From positions 2,852,001-2,916,000 of the forward strand of contig CM119375.1 in assembly GCA_051294905.1 (NCBI GenBank): a DNA stretch of 64,000 bases, in the 5' to 3' direction. The first letter of the stretch is position 1; every line of letters begins with the position of its first letter. Source of the stretch: Botryllus schlosseri. Taxonomy: Eukaryota. This document shows, one piece after another, positions 1-10,053 of the stretch. The position numbers and the translations under genes are program-made. The notes beneath the pieces are model-generated. The model did no database searches. It was not told where the DNA came from and was given only the letters and a program-made list of their open reading frames with translations.

Positions 1-236
1 ATTTGTTCGATACACCATTCCATAGCATTTTCGTCCAAATTATTCATCACCTCGCAGCTGTGAGAGTAGTCACCTTCCAATTTTCTCCTGAAATATCCAG
101 ATTGAGTCTTCAGTAGATCTTTGTGAGTTTTGAAAACCGATTCACCTATGACGATTTCAAAATCGCAGTCCTGGTTCTTGGTGAACGCCCCGATTTCAGT
201 TTGGTCCAATTCAAAACCATAATTTTCCTTTGCCAT
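1..236 (-). CDS. 5' end (BTB domain start) of a Kelch-like/BTB paralog, truncated by the window edge
   Basis: Manual minus-strand translation from ATG at 236: MAKENYGFELDQTEIGAFTKNQDCDFEIVIGESVFKTHKDLLKTQSGYFRRKLEGDYSHSCEVMNNLDENAMEWCIEQ. It aligns with the BTB of the 3844-5844 protein (NCDVKI..VHKSLV..SKFLRGKL..DLNEDGLEWCIEY). A splice acceptor (cttttcag) lies 22 nt upstream of the ATG. Absent from the ORF track because no stop codon falls inside the window. Confidence 0.85.
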   Translation of the reverse strand, partial: MAKENYGFELDQTEIGAFTKNQDCDFEIVIGESVFKTHKDLLKTQSGYFRRKLEGDYSHSCEVMNNLDENAMEWCIEQ

Positions 237-804
237 TTCGAAAATATCAGATGTTACACTGAAAAGTTATGTGTACTTTACCGGACTAAACAGAGGAATG
301 AATAAGCGGAATTTCTTTTGTATACAACCAGTTTTGACTTACATCAACTCTAAAGGAAATCAGAGTAAGGTATCAGTCGGCTACTAGGTAAATACCAAGC
401 GGCTGTTATGTAAATAACAAATTCCTGGCTCCTGTTAGTTTTCACCAGTAAAAGCTGCTCCTTAGAGTATTTCTGACTGCTATTTTGAGGAAACCCTCTC
501 ATTTTCTAGTTGAAATTGCAGTCACGGGCTATCAATTTGCAAACACATTTTGTTTGCTCGAAGTCAACACAGGAAATATTTCTTAGTGGGTTACGATTGA
601 AGCATCATAGTACTCAGAATGGTATATATTCCAAGTTTTATAATTGCAGAATTTGTATGACCACTTTTCATTGTATCTGTGCCCTATTTGCGAATTAGAC
701 TGAGATGAAATGATAATGGACTGTATAATAAAGTGAGGGGACCACAATCTGGCGAGTTCCTGATCTGAAACAACAATAGGGTCCCAGAGGTACCAGGATT
801 TGTG

Positions 805-1407
805 TCCAACAAATCACTACTCAAAAGATTCGGTGTCCTAAACATAAAAGATATACGGAAACTAGAAATTTCCACGTTTATGTATCAGTTCCACTGCGGC
901 CACTGCCCCGAAAACTTCAATGACTTCTTTACTTCGGTATCAAAAGTTCTTAAGTACGACACACGCGCGTCTATGTCGTCCTAGGTCCTACTATCATATG
1001 GTGGACGAAAAAGACCATAGCTCCATCAAATATGTCGAACCTTATTTGTGGAACAGTCTCTCGCCGGCTATCCGACAGTCATCGAGCATGTCCACATTCA
1101 AGTCAAAATACAAAATTTCTACTGAATCATGACTAGTTAGCCCTCTATTTTACTTGACCACGACCTGACACATCAATCTTGCCTTCTGACATATGCCACC
1201 TTTTTTATTACTTGTCCTTTTATATTATCTTTCTTTACTTTTCATTCAGTGTGCATGCCTGCTTTTTTATATTGCCTAGGCCAGGTGGGTGTTTGATATC
1301 GAAGACTACTCCAAGTCGTTTCGACACCTTCCTATCTTTCATTGTATCGCAGTCTTGCGGTGTATTGAAATGATGAAAATATTAGCAATTAAATTGAATT
1401 GAGTTGA
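805..1407 (+). mobile_element. 5'-truncated non-LTR retrotransposon (CR1/L2-group LINE): ORF2 C-terminus plus 3'UTR, frameshifted (copy A)
   Basis: ORF pieces SNKSLLKRFGVLNIKDIRKLEISTFMYQFH..ENFNDFF..KYDTR and SIKYVEPYLWNSLSPAIRQSSSMSTFKSKYK fit the C-terminal motif series of CR1/L2-group ORF2. They are followed by the 3'UTR shared with 7 other copies and an (ATTGA)-type tail. Confidence 0.8.
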
Positions 1408-1623
1408 GACAACACCCAATCTTGTGTTTAGATATGTGACGCAATCTCAACAAGCTCAGCGGTACCGTATTTGATGGATAGATGATAGAACACTATAGAA
1501 TGCTATGTGGGAAGTATATGCAACTGTTGGTATTGCAATGTGTCTCAATGTCTAATGATTAGTCAGGCTCAAGTCATAAAAGCTGAGACATTCAATATCA
1601 AATTGCACCTGCTTCATAGAAGT

Positions 1624-2048
1624 CAGGGTTGCAATGACTCTAGTCATGACTCGACTCGAGTCACGATTTTCTGATGACTCGACTTGTAATTTTGAAGAAT
1701 AGTATTTAGTAAAGTCACCATATTTTTGCGATTTCGTCTTTGGTACTGGTACTTGAAAATGCGACCAGAAACTGATAAAAGTAAGGGAAATTAGTATATT
1801 ATAAATGCGAATCATTCGATATCACCAAACAGGGTCGTAAAAAGTGGGTTTAACAAAACTTTAACTGGAAACTGGGCAGTCAACACAATGACTTGGACTA
1901 CGACTCGAGTCATAATACCATGACTTGAACTCAACCCTTTGCTCGCTGACTTGGGCTCAGTGGTGAATTGTAAACGACTCCACTTGACTGGAGTCGAAAC
2001 GATAAAAGTAAGATTGACTTGTGACTCAGAGCCTTGGCTACAACCCTG
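1624..2048. mobile_element. hAT-type MITE, CAGGGTTG/GACTCGAGTC family, copy 1
   Basis: TIR CAGGGTTG...CAACCCTG; 8-bp TSD ATAGAAGT/ATCGAAGT (1 mismatch); internal GACTCGAGTC palindromes. Confidence 0.85.
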
Positions 2049-3366
2049 ATCGAAGTACCCAAGTCGATTTTTTTCTTGTGTTTATGACTACTTCCACTTC
2101 TTCAGTCACACCTTTTCAAATTGATCAAGCAAAAAATACTGGATACATTGGATATGGTTACAATACTCACAACGCCAATGCGGTATGACCCACATATTAC
2201 AGTAGCAGGATATAGTATTTCAATTGCAACGATTTGTAGCGCCATTATTCATCCTATGTTAGTTACAAGATTCATCTTGCAATTTCAAGTATTGTCACAG
2301 GCGGATTGGATTGACCGACAAAAATCAGAGATGGTTCTGCCAATTTTAGACCTTCAAAATATTTCATCTGTCTACTTTATTTTACCTTGAATAGTCACTC
2401 GGTGACCAATTTCAGCAACAAACAGCAGTCTTGTAAGTCATATAGGCCTATCCTTACAAATGCATACAAATCGATTCAATACAGTCGATGTCCCGAAGAC
2501 TTTCAAGAATACACTATTGTCATTATTAGAGGCGGTCAAAACAATTAGTGTTACTTTCAAATAGAAGTATCACCATAAATCTATACCCAATTACAAGTAG
2601 AAGTAATAATTTCCAAGACAAAGACTACATCAAGTGGAAGAAGAAAACAGAGGTCTCAAAAGTAGTCAAGTCAGTGGTTCTGAAAAGTAGATTTGGTCAA
2701 GATGTAATATAATTTTAGCAGTGAAGCGAAGGCAACTACTTTCCAAATTTCAGAGTGCATCTAACGTATAATCACTGCGATTCAGTGAAATTTCAAAGAT
2801 ATTTTGACCGTGATTGAGGGCTCCTTTGTCTAGTTGTTGTACTGATTTCACTTGTGAAAGTGATCCAAAATTATCCTCAAACTTTTTTGCCTAAAAACTG
2901 TTGAGTAAAAATGGAAGTAGTCTGTAAAAAACATTTCAGGAGTGCTGGAATTCACCGAACCTACTTGAACGCTCTGAAAGAGTGGAGTACTTCAATACTG
3001 ACCATTATATTGACCCGTGAAAAAAAATCACCACCACAAACAATAACCATCAAAATATCATGTTTATATGCAACTAATAATAATCACTTTTGTTATGTTT
3101 CAGCATTACATCACAGTAAGTAGAACATTAACTGATTCATAAAATTAAGTGATCAATGTTTCATATCATACTATTTCTCCAGTCGATTATTTTGCTTGGT
3201 CATCATATGTAGATGCATCAGTATTCAGAATTCTGATCAGGCGATTTTTGAAGGTCCTAAAATATTCTAGGAATTCATCATTTCATCGTAAGTGTCTTGA
3301 CTGCATATCAAAGTGAGTATGAAATCATAATCATCCAGAACTTGCGGACTTATAGTCTGTTCTTTG

Positions 3367-3804
3367 CAGGGTTGTAAACAAGTCACATATCAATCTCACT
3401 TTTATAGTTTTGACTCGAGTCATTGTCAATTCCCCACCGACTCAAGTTCAAGTCAGCGAGCAGGGGGTCGAGTCCAAGTCATTGTGTTGACTGTTCAGTT
3501 TCGAGTTAAAGTCCCACTTTTTACAAGTCTCCTTGGTTATATCGATGATTTTCCCCAATTTTAACAGATTTTGGTCACATTTTCAAGTACTAATAGACGA
3601 AATACCAATAGTATTGTCACTTTACTATTTCTTGAAATTACAATGAAATGTCTGTCTTGGCCGTCCGAGTCTTGGGTCATACGTCTTGGTCCGAGTCATA
3701 CGCCATTACTCGACTACACTCCGAGTCATTTTCCGTATTTTGAGAAAACTACTCGAGTCAAGTCGAGTCACCAAAAAATCGCAATTCGAGTCATTGCAGC
3801 CCTG
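3367..3804. mobile_element. hAT-type MITE, CAGGGTTG/GACTCGAGTC family, copy 2
   Basis: TIR CAGGGTTG...CAGCCCTG; perfect 8-bp TSD GTTCTTTG; about 40 bp downstream of the Kelch stop codon. Confidence 0.9.
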
Positions 3805-3843
3805 GTTCTTTGTGCAGCAGCCAATGATCTTGTATGGCGCCAC

Positions 3844-5844
3844 TCACGTCATGATTCTACCACTAACTGAAAAGTGAGGTGGTTCTTCTTTCTGACAAGG
3901 CATGAAAGAAATTGACTCCTGGTCGATGATTAATGTACCTAACGACACAATATCTTTTGTTGCGTCGATCATGCCGATCCTCTTCCATATTTTTGTTTTG
4001 CTGTCATATTCTTCGACATCATCTGGCGACTCAAACATGCCACCAGATCCACCAATGACAACGAGTTTATCATTGTAAACATGAGCTGCGAAGTTTGATC
4101 TTCTTCGCAACATATTGGACACTACAGTCCATGTTTGTCCATCATAATAAGTGACTGTGTTTGAATTTTTTCCAGCATAATAACCACCGATTACGTATAA
4201 GTTTTGATGGTAGTAAGCCATAGCTGGGTTGCAGACTCGTACTGGCATATTAGGAAGATCTCTCCACCCATTGGAAGGATGGTAACTTCTTGCATAATTG
4301 TCCGTACCTGAACCACCAACTGCATACAACTGTGAATCAGAACACACACTACTAAATCCATTTCCAAGGCCACACCCATGCTGACATACTTTAGTACCGC
4401 ATGATAAATTATATTGAAGCATTGTCTGTTTGCCAACTATAAAAACAGCGGTGTTCAATCCATTAAATTGAGTCCATGATTGGGAGTAATCGGGAACTTC
4501 TGATACTTGTAGCCATGTCCCGTTTGGCGCAAATTTAAGTAATGTGCATGCATGGTGAAGATATAGTTCTCCATCAAGTGAGGTTATACGCGAAGTCGAC
4601 TTAACTGCTGGAATGGTTATTTTTGAATAAGTATTGTCGTGTACGTTCAGAAGTGTCATAAATTTCTTGTTGCTCTCATAAATTGCCAAAACACTGGTAT
4701 TTCGTTGTTTTGTTGTCCTTAAAAGGTGGTCAAGAACGAAGTTTAGACAATCGTTTGATGACTTTATGAAATCGCGCATGTGCACATCAATAAATCTCGG
4801 TGTCACATTTTCCATATCCATTGTTTGTATAAGATCTAGTAGTTGTGACTTTCTTGTCTCATCATGTTGTGTCCAGTTAACAATTAGTGTCCAATGAATA
4901 TAATTTGAAACTGAAAGGCTTTGCAGAATATCTCTGAAATCATTGAAGCTTAGATGAATTATCTTATGTGCAACTTCAGCAATATTTGTGGACATATATT
5001 CAATTGCAGCTCTCCTTAACCCGTGACTTATCCTGGTTTTAAATGATTCGTTAACCGATATTAACTTAATCAATTGTACACTCAGGCTTGGATTCATATT
5101 GTCAATTAGTCTTTGCTCGTAATTATTCAATTCTATTAAAATCCGATCTTTGCATTTAGTCTGAGTTGTAGGGTAGACATAGATATCCAAGATGACCGGC
5201 GTCAAATTAATTTCCAAGCTCAGTAATACTTCTATGATATCACAAAAATATGATTTTCTTTGTGAACAATATTCCACCCATAAGGTGACGGCTTTCCATA
5301 AAATCTTTGCGTTTGCATGACACCCGCATATGTATGTTAAAAGGTCTTCGTAGTAGATTGTGAGAAATGACTCTAGTTGAAGTACTTTCTCCAAATTGTT
5401 TTGAACAAATTGTTGAGCATCTTGAACACTTCGTTCTGTGCCATACTTTTTCAGAACTTCGACAGCCTCCAAGCAATTGTCAGCTGTTATTAAATGCTTT
5501 TGTAGAAACTCGAGACACTTTTCTTTGACGCTTGCCATCTGCAAGACACTGGCTACCTCTACAGTTCTGACAATGTCTTTCAAGTTTGATACCTGCCTAG
5601 AATTTTTAGGAGGGCAGTCACCAGAATACATGTATTCAATGCACCACTCCAAGCCATCTTCATTTAGGTCGTCCAGCAATATATGACTTGGGTTCCCAAA
5701 ATCTGTAGCAAGCTTCCCTCTCAGGAACTTTGAGTGCCGTTGTACCAAAGACTTGTGCACCCAGACAACTGACGTTTTAGTGGTAATTTTGACATCACAA
5801 TTTCTGTCTCGTACACGATTTCCAAAACAGTGAGGTACATCCAT
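3844..5844 (-). CDS. Kelch-like protein (BTB, two BACK-like units, Kelch repeats), 666 aa in one coding exon
   Basis: BTB motifs (CDVKI..VHK..HSKFL..EWCIEYMYSG); BACK-like segments LWKAVTLWVEYCSQRK and IHWTLIVNWTQHDETRK; Kelch GG-Y-W motifs (LYAVGGSG, LYVIGGYY, LVVIGGSG..VEEYD..W). An acceptor (ttttag) 28 nt upstream of the ATG leaves room for an upstream exon. Confidence 0.9.
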   Translation of the reverse strand: MDVPHCFGNRVRDRNCDVKITTKTSVVWVHKSLVQRHSKFLRGKLATDFGNPSHILLDDLNEDGLEWCIEYMYSGDCPPKNSRQVSNLKDIVRTVEVASVLQMASVKEKCLEFLQKHLITADNCLEAVEVLKKYGTERSVQDAQQFVQNNLEKVLQLESFLTIYYEDLLTYICGCHANAKILWKAVTLWVEYCSQRKSYFCDIIEVLLSLEINLTPVILDIYVYPTTQTKCKDRILIELNNYEQRLIDNMNPSLSVQLIKLISVNESFKTRISHGLRRAAIEYMSTNIAEVAHKIIHLSFNDFRDILQSLSVSNYIHWTLIVNWTQHDETRKSQLLDLIQTMDMENVTPRFIDVHMRDFIKSSNDCLNFVLDHLLRTTKQRNTSVLAIYESNKKFMTLLNVHDNTYSKITIPAVKSTSRITSLDGELYLHHACTLLKFAPNGTWLQVSEVPDYSQSWTQFNGLNTAVFIVGKQTMLQYNLSCGTKVCQHGCGLGNGFSSVCSDSQLYAVGGSGTDNYARSYHPSNGWRDLPNMPVRVCNPAMAYYHQNLYVIGGYYAGKNSNTVTYYDGQTWTVVSNMLRRRSNFAAHVYNDKLVVIGGSGGMFESPDDVEEYDSKTKIWKRIGMIDATKDIVSLGTLIIDQESISFMPCQKEEPPHFSVSGRIMT

Positions 5845-7339
5845 CTCATCAGTTCCTTTGACATTGGTAGGACTAAAACTATATCACCTTTTTGACATCG
5901 CCTTACTGTGCATCAAATACCTGATGTCATAATATTTGTTGAGCAAATGAAATTCTTTTTCGTCTGTCAATCATTTACTTTGCAAAATGTTTGCTTAGTG
6001 TAGATATCGATGTATATACACATTTACTCTCTACTTCTCATCGGAAGTGATTTAGTTGTGACTTGTGTTACCGTACTTTGTAAGATTTATGCTTTCTATG
6101 GTTTAATGTATAAGCCTATACGCAACATGTGAATATCCCATTATATTATATCAGGTGACATCAAACTCATAGGCACAGTTGGTCAGTATCGTCTTTCTAT
6201 TTTTTAAAGTAGCCTACTTAAGTGGTAGGCTTACCATATGTCCTCTTTTAGGATTTGTCCCCAATTCAAGAAAAGTTAATGGTCACGCGAGGACGCTAAA
6301 AAGTGTACAAGTGTCATGTTTTTCGTATTTCAAGTTGTTTGCTTATAGGCTACTTTCATCAAGACTTTTATGCGAGACGTTGTAATCATTTCGAAAATAT
6401 TTACTGTAGTCTTGAAACATGCTGAATTTCTGGTTTAAATAAGGTTTTCCAACAAATTACCCTACTAGCTCTACATGTACATACCTATTGATTGGATCAG
6501 GTTTGAACATTTTGATGGTTGCAAAGAACTTTAATATGTCCTATAAAAAATTTCTCTTTAAACTCTTTGAAGATGATCAAGGGCAAGTTTTTGCAACTTT
6601 TTTTACAGCTTCCGGCAGCTTCCTGAATACTCGGAAGTTATGTAGTACGGTATGGTGTTTTGAGCTGTTTGGAGGAATCTTATATTGCAACTTTTCTCCA
6701 TTTTTCCATGTAACCTTTTACACCTTTTTTCGATTTTTCATGCAACTTTGTGCAGACAATTCCGATTTTTCATGCAACTAACTTTTTACTTGAAATATTT
6801 GGCACTATATGGAAATATATCAATCGATTATTACACTGTCGTTTAAATTCAAGGTCCTTTCTGATTTGTCGTACATTCAGGCTAGAACACCGAAAATTAT
6901 ATTTTCACCGGGTCAATTTTTTCTGGCTATTGATTTTGTTGAAGTCGCCAACACTGAGTTTTGCTACAGTGCCTTGGATACGGATCGATTTGAGTATCTC
7001 ATGCTCTAATAATTTCAGGGAACTTGTCCATAAATGCAACTTTTTAGTGCAGCTTTTGTACAAAATAAATGCGACTTTCTACTGCAACTTGCGTGAAAAA
7101 TAAATGCTTGTATTGCAAGTCCGAAAATTTTGAAAGTGTCCTCTTTCCAGTTCCAATTTATGGTAACCCCTCCATAGCTAGTAGCTACAGTATGTATTAC
7201 ACAGTCGCTATTTATACAATTTATATACCAGTCTGGGACGGAAGTCGGCATTGAGCTTAACATTTCTTGTCGCCGGGAGAGGCCGTTCACAACTTCATTT
7301 GTGTGCCCTGGAGGCGACTTTTATTAAAATATCCCAACT

Positions 7340-7810
7340 CAGGGTTGTAATGACTCGAGTCACGATTTTCTGACGACTCGACTTGACTCGAGTCATTTTC
7401 TCAAAATACGGAAATGACTCGAGAGTCAGACAGCCAAGACCGACATTTTATTGTAATTTCGAAGAGAAGTAAAGTAACCACACTCTTGGGATTTTGTCTA
7501 TTGGTACTGGTTCTTGAAATTGCGACCAGAAACTGCGAAAAGTGAGATTTAGTATATTATAAATGCGAACCATTCGATATCACAAGAGTTATAAAAAGTG
7601 GGTTAAACAAGAATTTAACTGGAAACTGAGCAGTCAACACATTGACTTGGACTTAGACTCGAGTCATAATACCATGATTCGGACTTGACCCTATACTTGA
7701 TAACTTGGATTCGGACTTGACTCGGTGATGAAGTGAAAATGACTTGAGTCAAAACTATGAAAGTGAGATTGACTTGCGACTCGGAGCCATGTGATTTGGT
7801 TACAACCCTG
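7340..7810. mobile_element. hAT-type MITE, CAGGGTTG/GACTCGAGTC family, copy 3
   Basis: TIR CAGGGTTG...CAACCCTG; degenerate TSD TCCCAACT/CCCCAACC; colinear with copy 1. Confidence 0.85.
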
Positions 7811-7839
7811 CCCCAACCTTGCTTGTGTCATCTAAAACA

Positions 7840-8045
7840 GTACATTGAGCTTACATTGATCTCTATGCCTCTATTATTCGATATTTTATGCCAGTGGTGA
7901 CGACATATTTGGTGATACGATGTTCTTTTCCATTCTCTGCTAGTTGCTGACGATTACCCCTGACGAGTGTCAGTCGAAAATATTCGGGTTCATAATACAT
8001 TACTCACCTGTGTATCAAAGTTCTGTACCCCCAAGAAGCTCTTGA
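7840..8045. mobile_element. Partial copy (right portion) of the long-inverted-repeat element at 32319-32700
   Basis: Shares gttgctgacgattacccctga..gtgtcag.cgaaaatattcgggttcat and aagttctgtacc.c.aagaagc with 32480-32700. Confidence 0.7.
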
Positions 8046-9016
8046 ACAATAGGCATATTTATCCTGCGAGTTGATTCTATCCCTGAAATACATACTACAG
8101 CACTTTCAATTTCCGTCTCTTGCTTTAAATTGTCGGGTTTATCTACAGTCCTTCAGACAAGTCAAAACGCACCACGCTACACGTCTAATGTAATGAAAAA
8201 TAATTTAATATCGACAATTTAATATCGACCCAATCACATTGGTATTATGGAAACACACAATTTTTTCAAAATCTCGGTAACAAGACCAGCATTGAAACGA
8301 TGCCAAACATCAATAGACGTGATAAGGTTCCGGAAATGAATGAATACATGAAATGAGCAGTTTAAATCAAACAGATCATCAGATTTGAAGCTAGTGAAAA
8401 GTAGCGTGCAGTTGTTTGGGGAAAACCAGAATATATTTGAAGTGAGAAATTTGCCTTGACCTCGATGTGTATGCCGGAAGATGTTTTGGAACACACTAGA
8501 AACGGTTACGAGAGCTGTGCAACATATTATAAAAAGGTCAATGATTGATGTAGTGCCCAAGGCGCAAAGGTATTGTATAAATCCTCAGAGCCTTAAACAC
8601 TCACGACATGCTCCATCAGGATGACAACTGCATGCAACATTGCGGTTGTTTATAGGGCTGAGTCGGCATGGTAGTAGGAAGTCGGAGAATATTGACATAT
8701 TTCATTGAGTTACAGGTGTGCAGATGTAGCCTTTCCAATTAAATTCATGTCCAAGCGTAGCAATAGCTGCAATGCTGTTCAAATAAATGCTCCGAAGTTT
8801 TGAAACGCGCTTCAAGCTATCTATCTTTTGAACATCGGCTAAATGTAGGGGACATTGGTGGAGCCCGACCAGATTTTTGAGCAAACACCGATAAAACCAA
8901 TATCAGTAATCCCCAAATGCTCAGCGGATATTCAAAAGATATGGCATCAAGCTAAAGGAGCGTTTCCAAAACCCCACATTCTTCAAAGCACCTACTGTAA
9001 TGGTTACGGTTTAAGC

Positions 9017-9293
9017 CAGGGTTGCAACCAAGTCATAAGGTTTCGAGTCACAAGTCAATCTCAGTCTTATAGTTTTGACTTGAGTCATATCGAGCCATAG
9101 TGTTGTGACTGATAGACGAAATACCAATAACGTGGTGACTTTAAGTTACGATGACATGTCTGCCTTGGCCGTCCAAGCGTCGAGACATAAGACTTGGTTC
9201 CAGTCATGCACAACGACTCGAGTACATGTCGAGTAAATACAAAAATGGACTCGAGTCAACCAAAAAATGGCGACTCGATTCATTACAACCCTG
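9017..9293. mobile_element. hAT-type MITE, CAGGGTTG/GACTCGAGTC family, copy 4 (internally deleted)
   Basis: TIR CAGGGTTG...CAACCCTG; perfect TSD GTTTAAGC. Confidence 0.9.
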
Positions 9294-9536
9294 GTTTAAG
9301 CATACTTCCACTTAACAGTTTTAATACTTAGTTTTTTACTTGGTAATTGCTACTTGCCCGTGTGTTTAGCAGAAATTTACGTTACTTAACGATAACAGTT
9401 GCACAGATTATATTTCTCCGACTCCCTACTATTATGTAGTGACGTTACAAAAATTGCAGATATTTTTACACCTCTACTGGCCGAAATCGATACTTCTTTT
9501 AAAGTTTGATATCGACTTGATATTAATGGTAGCTGG

Positions 9537-9933
9537 TAGGGTTACCATATTTTGGAAATCTGAATAGAGGACACTTTTTCAGCATTTTCAGAGTTGCAAA
9601 ACGGGAGGAAAATCCTGAAAAAATGGTAAATTTTCCCATTTCGTGTTCGGTTGACTGAAAAAAGGCCAACTTTATCGCTCAGTGCCCAAAATACAGTTTT
9701 TCTTTCACATTATCAGGTGGTTGACTAAAACATAAGGTCTACTTTCCTGCTCAGCTCAGAAAATACCTGCCGGAGCATTACCTCGGTGCAGATTTACAGT
9801 ATATCAGTTGAATTTATCCGTAAATTTGACCAAAATTCTCAAAAAAGAGGACAGAAGGGCGTCCTACGAGGACACTTTCAAAAAAGTCAAAAAAGAGGAC
9901 AAATCCCCTTAAAACAGGACATATGGTAACCCT
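9537..9933. mobile_element. hAT MITE, TAGGGTTACCATA family (Blackjack-like termini)
   Basis: TIR TAGGGTTACCATAT...ATATGGTAACCCT; internal aaaagaggaca repeats; same family as 44459-44828; no clear TSD. Confidence 0.75.
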
Positions 9934-10053
9934 TATTACCGGAGAACCGAATCTGATTATTGGATTAATCGGTATCGGCGCCAAATCGCATCAAGGCCAC
10001 ACTAGATTTTGCTCAGCCATAGTCTTGCACAACACAGTCGAGAGTGCAACATT

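Noticed and set aside
1552-1815. Recurring ORFs M(I/V)RIYNIL..SFWSHFQVPVP (also 30757-31008) and similar ORFs at 3364-3877 and 30378-30699
   Set aside because: They lie inside the non-coding GACTCGAGTC MITE; the similarity reflects repeat copies, not a protein family.
8234-8560. 108-aa ORF containing DVWH (transposase-like motif)
   Set aside because: A single short motif with no other catalytic context or TIRs; could be chance.
1624-9293. CRISPR-like appearance of recurring palindromic GACTCGAGTC units
   Set aside because: No constant repeat length, no regular unique spacers and no cas genes; the context is eukaryotic; TIRs and TSDs explain them as MITEs.
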